Assembly: GCA_050725815.1 (NCBI GenBank)
Contig: JBOHIG010000073.1
Location: 1-58,697, forward strand
DNA from: Xanthobacteraceae bacterium
Lineage (GTDB): Bacteria; Pseudomonadota; Alphaproteobacteria; Rhizobiales; Xanthobacteraceae
Length of the DNA: 58,697 nt
Direction: 5' to 3'
Shown: piece after piece, positions 27,670 to 36,633 of the stretch
How the letters are laid out: each line of letters opens with the position of its first letter
Position numbering within the stretch: the first letter of the stretch is position 1
Notes under the pieces: model-generated
What the model saw: only the letters and a program-made list of their open reading frames with translations
Database searches by the model: none
Told to the model about the DNA's origin: nothing
Program-made: the position numbers and the translations under genes

Positions 27670-28614
27670 ATGCAACTGCGCGATCTCGGACAATCCGGCC
27701 TGCGCGTTTCGGCCGTCGGTCTCGGTTGCAACAATTTCGGCCGCAATGTCGACCGCGAGACCGCGCGGGCGGTGATCCACAAGGCGCTCGACCTCGGCGT
27801 CACCTTCCTTGACACCGGCGATGTCTACGGCCGGCGCGGCGGCTCGGAGACAATCATCGGCGAAGTCTTGGGGCCGCGGCGCAGGGACGTCTTCATCGCC
27901 ACCAAGTTCGGGCGGCCGATGGATGCGGAGGGCAAGCTGCAAGGCAGCTCGCGCCGCTACATCATGCAGGCGGTGGAGGCGAGCCTCAAACGGCTCAAGA
28001 CCGATTGGATCGACCTCTATCAGTCACACAAGCCCGATCCGTCGACGCCGATCGAGGAGACGCTGCGCGCGCTCGATGATCTCAAACGCGCCGGCAAGAT
28101 CCGCTTCGCCGGGTGCAGCCACATGCCGGCGACGGAGGTGCGCGACGCCGCGCGCGCGGCAGGCACGCACGCCCTTCCCGGGTTCTGTTGCGCCGAGGAC
28201 GAATACAGCCTGTTGTTTCGCGGCATCGAGCGCGACCTCTTGCCCGCGATGGCGGCGAGCGGCATGAGCCTCCTGCCCTACTATCCGCTCGCGAGCGGGC
28301 TGCTCACCGGCAAATACAAGCGCGGCGAGCCGCTGCCGGAGGGGTCTCGCTTCAAGGTCGTCACCGAGCGCGACTACACGGGCCACTTCTTCACCGACGC
28401 GAACTGGAACAAGCTCGACGCGCTCAATGCCTTTGCGCAGCAGCGCGGGCTGACGTTGCTCGACCTCGCGATGAGCTGGGTTGCAGCGAAGCCCGCGGTC
28501 GCGAGCGTGATTGCCGGCGCGACCAAGCCCGAGCAGGTCGAGGCCAACGTGAAGGCCGCGGAGGCGAACTTGTCGGTCGCGGATATCGCAGAGCTCGACG
28601 CAATCACGGCATGA
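27670..28614 (+). CDS. Aldo/keto reductase
   Basis: 'MQLRDLGQSGLRVSAVGLGCNNFG...FLDTGDVYG...IDLYQSHKPD'. ATG 27670 lies inside track ORF 27640..28614. Confidence 0.9.
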   Translation: MQLRDLGQSGLRVSAVGLGCNNFGRNVDRETARAVIHKALDLGVTFLDTGDVYGRRGGSETIIGEVLGPRRRDVFIATKFGRPMDAEGKLQGSSRRYIMQAVEASLKRLKTDWIDLYQSHKPDPSTPIEETLRALDDLKRAGKIRFAGCSHMPATEVRDAARAAGTHALPGFCCAEDEYSLLFRGIERDLLPAMAASGMSLLPYYPLASGLLTGKYKRGEPLPEGSRFKVVTERDYTGHFFTDANWNKLDALNAFAQQRGLTLLDLAMSWVAAKPAVASVIAGATKPEQVEANVKAAEANLSVADIAELDAITA

Positions 28615-28636
28615 GCGGCGTGCGGCCACCAGGGCG

Positions 28637-28822
28637 CTACGACTTTTCCCGCTCGCGCTTGGGAGATTGGGCGGGCACGAGCGGCGCTTCGACCTCCTGC
28701 GCGCGCTTGCGCCAATACCGCTCCATCTCTCCCCAGACTTCGCGCGCGCGATCGTTCGCCGCCGTCGCAGCGTGCAAAGCGCATTCGTCTGCGCGTTCCC
28801 GGTAATCGAACGTCTTGGCCAT
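28637..28822 (-). CDS. Small hypothetical protein (61 aa)
   Basis: ATG-initiated ORF with non-shadow composition ('MAKTFDYRERADECALHAATAAND...'); no family recognised. Confidence 0.4.
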   Translation of the reverse strand: MAKTFDYRERADECALHAATAANDRAREVWGEMERYWRKRAQEVEAPLVPAQSPKREREKS

Positions 28823-28994
28823 TCGGGGCCCCCGGGGCGCATTGTGAGCCGGCCGGGTTAACGATCTTTGACTCGGCAGCGCCCATACCGCCGCGGGGGG
28901 GCATCGAGCAGCACGGTAGGATTGTGTCTCAAATCACGTCCAGAACGAGAAATCCGTTAACCGGCGTCACAATTCGCGGCGGCACGAGCCGAAT

Positions 28995-29249
28995 TCAGTT
29001 GTCCAGGCGCTTGCTGATGAGCCGGTATTTCGCATCGAACTTCAGGTCGTATTTGCGTCCATCGCACACCGCATCGTCGACTTCGAAATGGCGGTCCTCG
29101 TCGTCCCATTCCATCTTGCCCCCGGAACACCTCTGAGCCGATATCGCCGCCATCAGCTTGGCCCGCTCCGCCTCGGTTGTCGGTCGATCCGCTTTCGCGG
29201 GAAATGCCATTACAACGAGGAGTGCGGTCATTGCGAAGAGCATTCGCAT
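28995..29249 (-). CDS. Small secreted PepSY-like protein
   Basis: Signal peptide 'MRMLFAMTALLVVMAFPAKA'. 'CSGGKMEWDDEDRHFEVDDAVCDGRKYDLKFDAKYRLIS' resembles small PepSY-like periplasmic proteins (by eye). Confidence 0.5.
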   Translation of the reverse strand: MRMLFAMTALLVVMAFPAKADRPTTEAERAKLMAAISAQRCSGGKMEWDDEDRHFEVDDAVCDGRKYDLKFDAKYRLISKRLDN

Positions 29250-29516
29250 GGTGTGCTCCTTTGCCGATTGCCCGCCCGCTACCGGCAAATTCCTTCTGTC
29301 ATCGAATGTTCCCGTCCACGCCGCGGCAAAATATGCGGTTCTGTGTGCGCAGACCCGCTCCGATCACCGCGCACGGCAGGCGACAACGGTGGGATGAGCC
29401 CCACCGCATTGCGTCGTCCCGTCCAGATCGAGAACTCGGGCTCCTACCCAACTCCTTCGCTTGTATCGCAGCCGATGAAATTGGGGAACGACGAGCTCCG
29501 CACGATCAATCATGGA

Positions 29517-30308
29517 CTAAGGATGAAAATAATAGGCGATCCCAACTCGGCCGGTGTGCGCCGCTGCATCAAAACGCCCTGTCGCGACAGCAGTGCTAGT
29601 TTGTGGGATGACGCCCTGCGCGGTTCGCCTAAAAGTTCCTCCAACATCACCATCCATGAAGCTGCTATATCGATATTCGGCTCGCATAGTCCAATGGCCT
29701 GCGATTTTTCTTTCAATTCCAGCACCAACAATCGGGCCGTGAAGCCCGAAATTGGGAAGCACATCGCTGGCCGAAATCTCGAAGCGAGCGTATGTCCATC
29801 CAGCCAAAATGTAGGCAAGCGTATCATTTGAGACGAGGTAACCAGCGCGGACGAAGGCTGCGGCAGACCATCGATGTGGAATGGTGAAAAGGGTGTCTTG
29901 TGTCGTCAACTCGGGAGGAATAGGCGCCCGTTGAACCGTGAGTATTCTCTCAACACCGCGCATGTTTATCGAATTGCCGGCAAAGCCTCCTTCGACTTGA
30001 GCGCCTACGATAACTCGCGTGCCGAATTGCTGGTTATATCCGACATAGAGATCACTGACATATCCCGTATCCCGCCCACTCGCGATTGCATTGACCGTCT
30101 GCGTGAACGTCCCGAAGGGAGATGTGTTAACGTTTTGCCTATTTCCAATTGAATCCAGGCTGATAAACGACGCGCCAGCTGACGCGCCAACGTAGAAGCC
30201 GGACCATCCAGCGATCGGATAACGCGGCGCTGTGTCGGCGGCTGTGCCGAGATTTGGAAAGATTGAGATCCAGAAGCCAACAAGAAGTACCCCTCGAAGG
30301 TGCAGCAT
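29517..30308 (-). CDS. Outer-membrane beta-barrel protein (Omp25/OmpA-like barrel family)
   Basis: Signal peptide, 'GWSGFYVGASAG...', alternating beta-strand pattern and a C-terminal aromatic '...RVGIAYYFHP'. Lies in a lower-GC patch (sampled lines about 47-62%). Confidence 0.7.
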   Translation of the reverse strand: MLHLRGVLLVGFWISIFPNLGTAADTAPRYPIAGWSGFYVGASAGASFISLDSIGNRQNVNTSPFGTFTQTVNAIASGRDTGYVSDLYVGYNQQFGTRVIVGAQVEGGFAGNSINMRGVERILTVQRAPIPPELTTQDTLFTIPHRWSAAAFVRAGYLVSNDTLAYILAGWTYARFEISASDVLPNFGLHGPIVGAGIERKIAGHWTMRAEYRYSSFMDGDVGGTFRRTAQGVIPQTSTAVATGRFDAAAHTGRVGIAYYFHP

Positions 30309-30582
30309 GATGAACTCCCAAATTTGAGGACGTGCCACTCAGACGGCACACAACCAGAACTTGAAGGCAATATCGTACCGTCGCAAGGCCTATCTTCCGG
30401 TTGATCGCGAACCGCGCAATCGAGATCGGAGGCCGATACAGCAAACGAAGCGGTCGATGAGGGACGCCGAGAGCGGTTCGCAAGAGACCTCGCGAATCGC
30501 TACCGAAAAAGCCGAGCTTCGACCCTGTGCGTGAAACGAAGAGAGTCTAGCGGCGCCGCGGACAACTCGCAGCGTCGCAACC

Positions 30583-30706
30583 AGCCCGATTCAGCTGTCT
30601 AGCCGCTTGCTGATGAGCTGGTATTTCGCATCGAATTTCAGGTCGTACTGCGCCCGCCGCACACGGCATCATCGACCTCGAAATGGCGGTCCTCGTCGTC
30701 CCATTC
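30583..30706 (-). pseudogene. Frameshifted 124-bp duplicate of the 3' end of the PepSY-like gene (copy of 28987-29111)
   Basis: By-eye alignment gives roughly 85-90% identity with a 1-nt deletion. It encodes '...EWDDEDRHFEVDDAV' and then loses frame. Confidence 0.75.
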
Positions 30707-30737
30707 GCGGAGTATCAGGAGCGGAGTGTCGTGCCGC

Positions 30738-30932
30738 TCAAAATGCTTTCGGTAGTCCCGCGTCCTTCAAATAGCCGTTGGCGGAATGGCGCGACACGAT
30801 TTTGCCGTCGACCGGGAATGTGATGTTAGTGATCGGGCTGTACCATATTTCGTGATCGCCCTTGCCTTGACGCACGACATGGCACCCGGCTTCGCGGAGA
30901 ATGCGTCGCACGTCGCGAGAAAAATCCGCCAC
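30738..30932 (-). CDS. hicA: HicA-family type II toxin (mRNA interferase)
   Basis: 'DVRRILREAGCHVVRQGKGDHEIWYSPITNITFPVDGKIVSRHSANGYLKDAGLPK' fits the HicA G-x-H core. GTG 30932 is 2 nt after the hicB stop; an alternative TTG lies at 30983. Confidence 0.7.
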   Translation of the reverse strand: MADFSRDVRRILREAGCHVVRQGKGDHEIWYSPITNITFPVDGKIVSRHSANGYLKDAGLPKAF

Positions 30933-30934
30933 AC

Positions 30935-31180
30935 CTATGCAACCAGTAACTCGGTCCGATCCACGACCCGAAGTTCCTGCCAATTGATTACGATCGAAAC
31001 GTTGCGAGGCGGGCGCCCGATCCTCGATTCAAGGACATCAGGAACGATGACCTTCAGTCGCTCGATCAAGGCCTCGCGAGAGGGCGCTTCGGTGGTGATC
31101 CGAGCCTCTGCGCTGGTCGCAACCCACATCCCCGCTTCCACATCGTGGAAGGCGTCGAAGGAGAGGCCATGTTCGCCCAT
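30935..31180 (-). CDS. hicB: HicB-like antitoxin (DUF1902-type N-domain)
   Basis: 'FDAFHDVEAGMWVATSAEARITTEAPSREALIERLKVIVPDVLE'. ATG 31180 is 18 nt from the tRNA 3' end. The track ORF reads on through the tRNA. Confidence 0.65.
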   Translation of the reverse strand: MGEHGLSFDAFHDVEAGMWVATSAEARITTEAPSREALIERLKVIVPDVLESRIGRPPRNVSIVINWQELRVVDRTELLVA

Positions 31181-31197
31181 GCTGAGCCTCTGCGGTC

Positions 31198-31273
<76 letters not shown>

Positions 31274-31376
31274 GATCGCCCTGCGGAAGCATCCGCCAAG
31301 CCGGCGTCCTGTAGCAAAGCGACTTTGGCAAGTCCAGCAAGCATCGGGCGTTTCGCACGGGCTTGCGAGGACCTCC

Positions 31377-31410
31377 AAAAATGGAAAACCGCCGGGCGTG
31401 AACCCGGCGG
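31377..31410 (-). terminator. Rho-independent terminator after the Spy-like gene
   Basis: Minus strand: CCGCCGGG-ttcacg-CCCGGCGG followed by TTTTCCATTTTT. Confidence 0.8.
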
Positions 31411-31473
31411 CTCCCATGCGTCGGCGGTCGTGTCGGGGGGCTGGGAGTACGACCGCCGCGCTAGCGAAACTCG

Positions 31474-32313
31474 TTAGAGCGTCTCCCCCACCGGCGCCTT
31501 GGCGCGGAACTCCTGCTCGACCGGGGCGACATCGGCGCGGGTCTTGGCGGTGAAGGTGCTGACCGGCTCGGACAGCGTTCGGGTCTTGGCTGTGAAGGCG
31601 ACGATCGGGGCCGCTCCGGTCTTGGCCGAGAACGCGACCGCCGGAGCGGGCGTCTCGCCGACCACCGCGGCGGGCGCACCGGGCACCGACTTGGCGCTGA
31701 AGGTGACCACCGGAGCCTCAGCGACCTCGGCGGTCTGCGTCTTGCGGCTGAACATCGGCAGCCCATCCGTCTCTTGCGGAGCGACCTCGGTATGGCGATG
31801 TCCGCGATTCCAGCCGGGCCGCCGGCCACCGTCGCGATTTTGCATGCCGCGGCGCCCACGCGGGCCGGCCATGCGGGCGAGCACGTTGAAGCGCCGCCGC
31901 TGAGCCTCGTCGAGGCTCGAATAGAGCGGGCCCATGGCGTCGGCGAAATTCCTCAGCGCGGCGCCGGTCTCCGACAGGCGGATCGCGCGCTGGCGCATGC
32001 GCTCGACCGGATCGCGGGTGCGCGCCTGCCTGTCACGGCGCGCCGTGCGCCTGGCGTCGATACGATCCATGCGAATCTTCTGCAGCGAACGGGCGGCCTT
32101 CTCGAAGGCCGGCCAGTGCGCCTGCTGCTCGGCGCTAAGCACGAGGCCGGCGCGCAGCGCCGCGAGCCGCGCGTCGGCAAACGCGCGCATATCTTCGATG
32201 CTCGGCTGCCAGCGACGCGTCCCCTCGGGACGGCCCTGACGCTGCTGGGCATAGGCAATGGTGGACCCGGCGATGACCAGCGCGGTCGTGCCGGCGAGGA
32301 TTGCTTTCCACAT
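31474..32313 (-). CDS. Periplasmic Spy/CpxP (LTXXQ)-like protein with a repetitive C-terminal tail
   Basis: Signal 'MWKAILAGTTALVIAGSTIAYA'. LTXXQ-like 'LSAEQQAHW' and 'LDEAQRRRF'. The tail holds six F-[STR]-[AR]-K-[TSA] units. Confidence 0.65.
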   Translation of the reverse strand: MWKAILAGTTALVIAGSTIAYAQQRQGRPEGTRRWQPSIEDMRAFADARLAALRAGLVLSAEQQAHWPAFEKAARSLQKIRMDRIDARRTARRDRQARTRDPVERMRQRAIRLSETGAALRNFADAMGPLYSSLDEAQRRRFNVLARMAGPRGRRGMQNRDGGRRPGWNRGHRHTEVAPQETDGLPMFSRKTQTAEVAEAPVVTFSAKSVPGAPAAVVGETPAPAVAFSAKTGAAPIVAFTAKTRTLSEPVSTFTAKTRADVAPVEQEFRAKAPVGETL

Positions 32314-32722
32314 GGAACTCTCCTGCAATGTCCGTGACGAATATTAGAGATGCCATGCTCGAATAGGCAAATTAAAGTTTGGTCACATTACATCAAAGTA
32401 ATATTGATGTATAAGCGTTCAGCTGACGTCTTCAAATCTGCGCGGTGTTCCGCGATTCCGGCCATTGCCTGCGGCAACGGCGCGACACATGGCCGCGCGG
32501 ACGGCGGTCACTGGGCGTGGCCTGATGCGAGGGTAATTGCATTGATAGTCGAGACGACGGTCGATCGGCATGGTCTGCGCGGATGAGGCACCGTAATGGC
32601 AATCTGCAAACGGGCTGGTCGAGGGCGCAAACGTCGGCGATGATAGGTGCAAGCCTCCAGCCGGTCGCTGCGTGCAGCCGGTCAGGGCAACAGAACAGCT
32701 AGCTACCAGAAGGGAGAACGTG

Positions 32723-33760
32723 ATGCCCAAGCTCAACTATCTTTTGACGGTGTCTGCGGCCACGCTCACGGGCCTGGTCGCCTTGTCCACCGTCCAGCCG
32801 GCGGAAGCGCAGCGCAAGTCGATCCGGTGGGCCACCTCCAGCGTCGACTCCTACGGCTACCGCGTCGCCGCTTCGATGGTGAAGATCATCGAAGAGGCGC
32901 TGGGCGGCCAATACACCATCACCGTGAATCCCTATCCGTCCACGACCGCCGCCATGAAGGCCGCGATGGATGGCAATGGCGAGATCGGCTACACTGCCGA
33001 CATCGGCATGGCGCAGCTCTACGGCGGCGAAGGCGCGTTCAAGAGCTACAAGCCCGGCAAGGGCCGGCTGGTCCACACCTGGTACGCCTATCCGATGGAA
33101 TCCTTCATGGCCACGTCGGCCCAGTTGGCGCCCAAGTTCAAATGCTGGAGCGACTTCGGCGGCAAGCCGGTGTTCTACACCACCGCCGGATTCATGAACT
33201 GGAACAACTTCCGGCGTATCTCCAAGACGCTCGGCTACGAGTTCAAGCACGTCCAGATCGACCCAAAGACCCAGTCCGACGCCTTGCAGGGTGGCACCAT
33301 CGTCGGTTCTGTCGCCTACACCACGGCGGAGCGCTCGCTCGCGACCTACTGGAAGGAGACCGACGTGCGCATGGATATCAGCGTGGTCAATCCGTGCCCC
33401 AACGAAGTCGCCAAGCTCAAATCCGCGGGCCTTGCGGTCTCGACCTTCTCGCCGAAGCCCGCCTTCTCACAGGACGTTGGCGTCAAGCAGATCAGCGGCG
33501 TGCCGATCCTATTCGCCTACAATATGCGCACCGACATGCCGGAAGACGTGGTCTACAAGATGCTGACCGGTCTCTACAAGAACCGCGACAAGCTCGTCGC
33601 CGCCGATCCGGGCTTCACACCGCTGTCTAAAAACTTCGTCGGCATGCAGGCAAATGGCATCAACGCCAATCCGGAGGCTCCGGTCCATCCAGGACTCGCA
33701 AAATTCCTGAAGGAGCACAAGGCCTGGAACGACAAGTGGAAGATCGCAAGCGGCAAGTGA
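32723..33760 (+). CDS. TAXI-family TRAP transporter solute-binding protein
   Basis: 'MPKLNYLLTVSAATLTGLVALSTVQPAEA' signal; 'IRWATSSVDSYGYRVAASMVKIIEEALGGQYTITVNPYPSTTAAMKA'. Confidence 0.85.
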   Translation: MPKLNYLLTVSAATLTGLVALSTVQPAEAQRKSIRWATSSVDSYGYRVAASMVKIIEEALGGQYTITVNPYPSTTAAMKAAMDGNGEIGYTADIGMAQLYGGEGAFKSYKPGKGRLVHTWYAYPMESFMATSAQLAPKFKCWSDFGGKPVFYTTAGFMNWNNFRRISKTLGYEFKHVQIDPKTQSDALQGGTIVGSVAYTTAERSLATYWKETDVRMDISVVNPCPNEVAKLKSAGLAVSTFSPKPAFSQDVGVKQISGVPILFAYNMRTDMPEDVVYKMLTGLYKNRDKLVAADPGFTPLSKNFVGMQANGINANPEAPVHPGLAKFLKEHKAWNDKWKIASGK

Positions 33761-33783
33761 TCGGTCACACGTTCGGTGAACGA

Positions 33784-33820
33784 CGGGCAGTCTGCGTCAA
33801 TGACGCGGCTGCCCGTTTTT
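33784..33820 (+). terminator. Strong hairpin plus T-run between the TAXI SBP and permease genes (intra-operon terminator/attenuator)
   Basis: CGGGCAG-tct-GCGTC-aat-GACGC-gg-CTGCCCG followed by TTTTT. Confidence 0.7.
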
Positions 33821-33964
33821 CCGCAGACGAAGGACGCAGCCGCGTTCGACGACCGGCTCGCCGAGGCACCGCCGCTAATTGCGATCCTCTCGTGACAGTC
33901 CTAAGGTCATGCAGGGAATTGAGCTAACGGGGGCGCAGACCTCCGGCACCTCCGGGGAAACGCA

Positions 33965-35977
33965 ATGAATGGCGAGCGGCTGAAAGGCCTTTTCACACTC
34001 AATAATCTGATCCTCATTTTTGCGCTCATCCAGTTCTGCTGGCTCGTCTGGTACTTTTACACCGGCTTCGGCGGCTCGCAGGAGCTGTGCGCGCATGTGA
34101 TGTCGATCGCGCTCACGCTGCAAATCCTGTTCATGTACCGCGAGGACTATTTCTACAAATGGCTGCCGCCGATCGCCAATCATCTCATCGTGGCGATCTA
34201 TATCGGCATTTGCGCCTACGCCTTCTGGCATTTCTGGTGGGAGTTCGAACAGATCGCGATCTACCGTCAGGGTTCTTATACGACGCAGGACTACATCGTC
34301 GGCCTGCTTGTCTTCCTGCTGGTTATGGAACTGTCCCGGATGGCGCATCCGGTGCTGTTCTGGGTCAATCTCGTTCTCGTGTTCTACACGCTTTGGGGCT
34401 ATCTCAGCCCGATCGACTTTTTCTGGCATCCGGGAACGTCGTTTTACCGCATCGTCACATCGAGCACGGTGGAGCTTTCGACCGGCATCTACGGCATCTA
34501 CGGCCAACTTGCACTGACCTTGATCGCCGCGTTCCTCCTGCTGGCGGCAGCCGCCAACGGCTTCGGCGCGCAGAGCGCGATGATCAACGTCATGCGCCGG
34601 CTCGCCGGCCGCAGCCGCCAGATGGTGCCGCAGACCGCCGTCCTTGGCTCACTCTCGGTCGGCATGGTCAGCGGCTCCGGCTCCGCCAATGCGGTGGTCG
34701 TAGGCTCGATCACTATTCCGCTGATGAAACGCTACGGCGTACCCGGCACTTTCGCGGGGGCGGTGGAAACGGCCGCCTCGATGGGCGGCCTCATCATGCC
34801 GCCGATGATGGGCGTCGGCGCCTTCCTGATGTCGGAGTTCCTCGGGGTCCCCTATTGGGATGTTGTGATCCGCGGATTCGCGCTCGCCGCCGTCTACTAC
34901 ATATCGCTGGCGCTGGTCGTCTATCTGCTCTGCGTCCGCCTGCTGCCGAACGACACCGTGGATGCGCCGAGGGTCAGGCGCTACGACCAAATCAAGACAG
35001 CGATCTTCTTCCTGTCCGTTGTCTATCTCATCCTGCTGCTGTCGCAGTTCGGCAAGGGCGAGCTGCTCGCCGCGCTCTACACCGCGATCTTCATGTTTTC
35101 CCTGCTGCTGCTGTCGTTCCTCACATTCAAGTATGTGATCAAGGATCCTGACGTCGCGACGGAGTCGCTGCTAGCAAACCTCCGCAAGATGATCGAAACC
35201 CACGCCGACATGACGTCCTACCTGACGCTGCTGCTCGCAACGCTGGGCATCATGATCGGCCTGTTCACGGTCACCGGTTTCATCAACCGGATGGGCGCGA
35301 CGCTGCTCAGCCTCGGGTCGTGGAACATCATCGCGATGATCGGCATGGCCTATCTCTTCGGCTGGCTGGTCGGCGCCGGCCTGCCCCCGACCGCGACCTA
35401 CGTCGTTGGCGCCGTCATCATCGTCGGGCCGTTGCGCGAACTCGGCGTCAATCCGTGGGTTGCGCACTTCTTCGTGTTCCTGCTCTCGGTCTGGGGCGAA
35501 ATTTCTCCTCCCACTTCGCTCACCGCCGCGGTTTCCGCGCGCATTGCCGAAGCGTCATTCATGCGAACGATGTGGGAGGCGCTCAAGATCTGCCTTCCGA
35601 TCACGCTGATGACGTTCGCAATCTTCACCCGCTCCAACATGGTCATCAATCCGGGCTGGCCGCAGATCGCCGACACGATCATCGTCGTGATCGGCACCTG
35701 CGCCATCGCCTTCGCCATGTTCGGGCGTGCGTTCGCGAGTCCGGCCGCGGACATTGCCTTCCGCGTCGTGCTGACGGCGCTTGCGTTGCTCGCGCTGTTC
35801 CACCCGAACGACACGTTCGTGTGGGCGCCGGCATTGGTGGCGCTGGCGGCCATCGTATTCGGCACCTGGCGCCACCAGCAGATCGCCCCGCCGAAAGCGA
35901 CGACTGCCGAAGCCATCGCCACCCCTTCCGGCGATCTCGGGAAGCTTGCCGCCGAGGCACGGCGGGATATTGGATAG
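33965..35977 (+). CDS. TRAP transporter fused permease (TAXI-associated 4TM/12TM fusion)
   Basis: 670-aa polytopic protein immediately after the TAXI SBP. Confidence 0.85.
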   Translation: MNGERLKGLFTLNNLILIFALIQFCWLVWYFYTGFGGSQELCAHVMSIALTLQILFMYREDYFYKWLPPIANHLIVAIYIGICAYAFWHFWWEFEQIAIYRQGSYTTQDYIVGLLVFLLVMELSRMAHPVLFWVNLVLVFYTLWGYLSPIDFFWHPGTSFYRIVTSSTVELSTGIYGIYGQLALTLIAAFLLLAAAANGFGAQSAMINVMRRLAGRSRQMVPQTAVLGSLSVGMVSGSGSANAVVVGSITIPLMKRYGVPGTFAGAVETAASMGGLIMPPMMGVGAFLMSEFLGVPYWDVVIRGFALAAVYYISLALVVYLLCVRLLPNDTVDAPRVRRYDQIKTAIFFLSVVYLILLLSQFGKGELLAALYTAIFMFSLLLLSFLTFKYVIKDPDVATESLLANLRKMIETHADMTSYLTLLLATLGIMIGLFTVTGFINRMGATLLSLGSWNIIAMIGMAYLFGWLVGAGLPPTATYVVGAVIIVGPLRELGVNPWVAHFFVFLLSVWGEISPPTSLTAAVSARIAEASFMRTMWEALKICLPITLMTFAIFTRSNMVINPGWPQIADTIIVVIGTCAIAFAMFGRAFASPAADIAFRVVLTALALLALFHPNDTFVWAPALVALAAIVFGTWRHQQIAPPKATTAEAIATPSGDLGKLAAEARRDIG

Positions 35978-35978
35978 C

Positions 35979-36011
35979 AAAAAACAGACGGGCCGCCACG
36001 AAGGACGGCCC
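35979..36011 (-). terminator. Rho-independent terminator after the small LTXXQ gene
   Basis: Minus strand: GGGCCG-tccttcgtgg-CGGCCC, then gtctgTTTTTTg. Confidence 0.7.
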
Positions 36012-36039
36012 GCTCTTCCCTCTCCCGAAGCCTATCGAT

Positions 36040-36447
36040 CTACATCGCCGAAGCGAGACTCGAGAATCCGAGGGCGCGGATCACGCGCATGCCATCCTGC
36101 TTCTGCTTGTCGTTGAGAACACCGATCAGCGGGCGTGCGGCCGCAGCGACCCGGCGGGCGGCGTCGGCCTGCCCGACCGCTGCGCTCGCGCGCCGGCGCC
36201 AGCCTTGCTCCGAGCCGGCACGGCCGGTGAGGCGGCGCAGCGCTCGTTCGACCGCCGGCCAATATTTCTGCTGCGAAGGCGTCAGCTTGAGCGCCGCCCG
36301 AAGGCGGGCGATGTGCCCCGCGGTGACCACGGGCCCGCGCTGCGCTGGCTGGGCACGGTGATACGCCGCTGGCGCGAAGTCCTGCGCGACACAAAAAGTG
36401 GCTCCCGTCGTCGCGAGCACTACGCCCGCGAGCGCTGCTTTCAGCAT
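36040..36447 (-). CDS. Small periplasmic LTXXQ-motif (Spy/CpxP-like) protein
   Basis: ATG 36447 has GGAG 7 nt upstream. Signal 'MLKAALAGVVLATTGATFCVAQ'; 'LKLTPSQQKYW' and 'LNDKQKQD'. Confidence 0.6.
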   Translation of the reverse strand: MLKAALAGVVLATTGATFCVAQDFAPAAYHRAQPAQRGPVVTAGHIARLRAALKLTPSQQKYWPAVERALRRLTGRAGSEQGWRRRASAAVGQADAARRVAAAARPLIGVLNDKQKQDGMRVIRALGFSSLASAM

Positions 36448-36633
36448 CCCGATCTCCAATGTTTATGTTATTGTGCAGCGCGACATAGAAGAATTTCACC
36501 GGAACAACAAGAGAAAACTTGAAGATAAATTCGCAAGGTAAAGAGTAGTTCCATTATCTCAATACTGAGCGGCGGCGGCCACGTCCCGGACAGAAATTGG
36601 GCAAATCTGGGGCAGAACGCCCCCGATCCGCGG

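Noticed and set aside
31540-31760. Irregular short DNA repeats that could be mistaken for a CRISPR-like or tandem-repeat array
   Set aside because: They lie inside the Spy-like coding region and correspond to the F-x-A-K-T peptide repeats. Spacing is irregular and no CRISPR-like structure or cas genes are present.
32419-32736. 105-aa minus-strand ORF with a lipoprotein-like 'LLVASCSVALTGC' start
   Set aside because: It overlaps the TAXI gene start and its promoter region, and the remainder is Arg/Pro/Ala-rich. Not excluded, but support is insufficient to call a gene.
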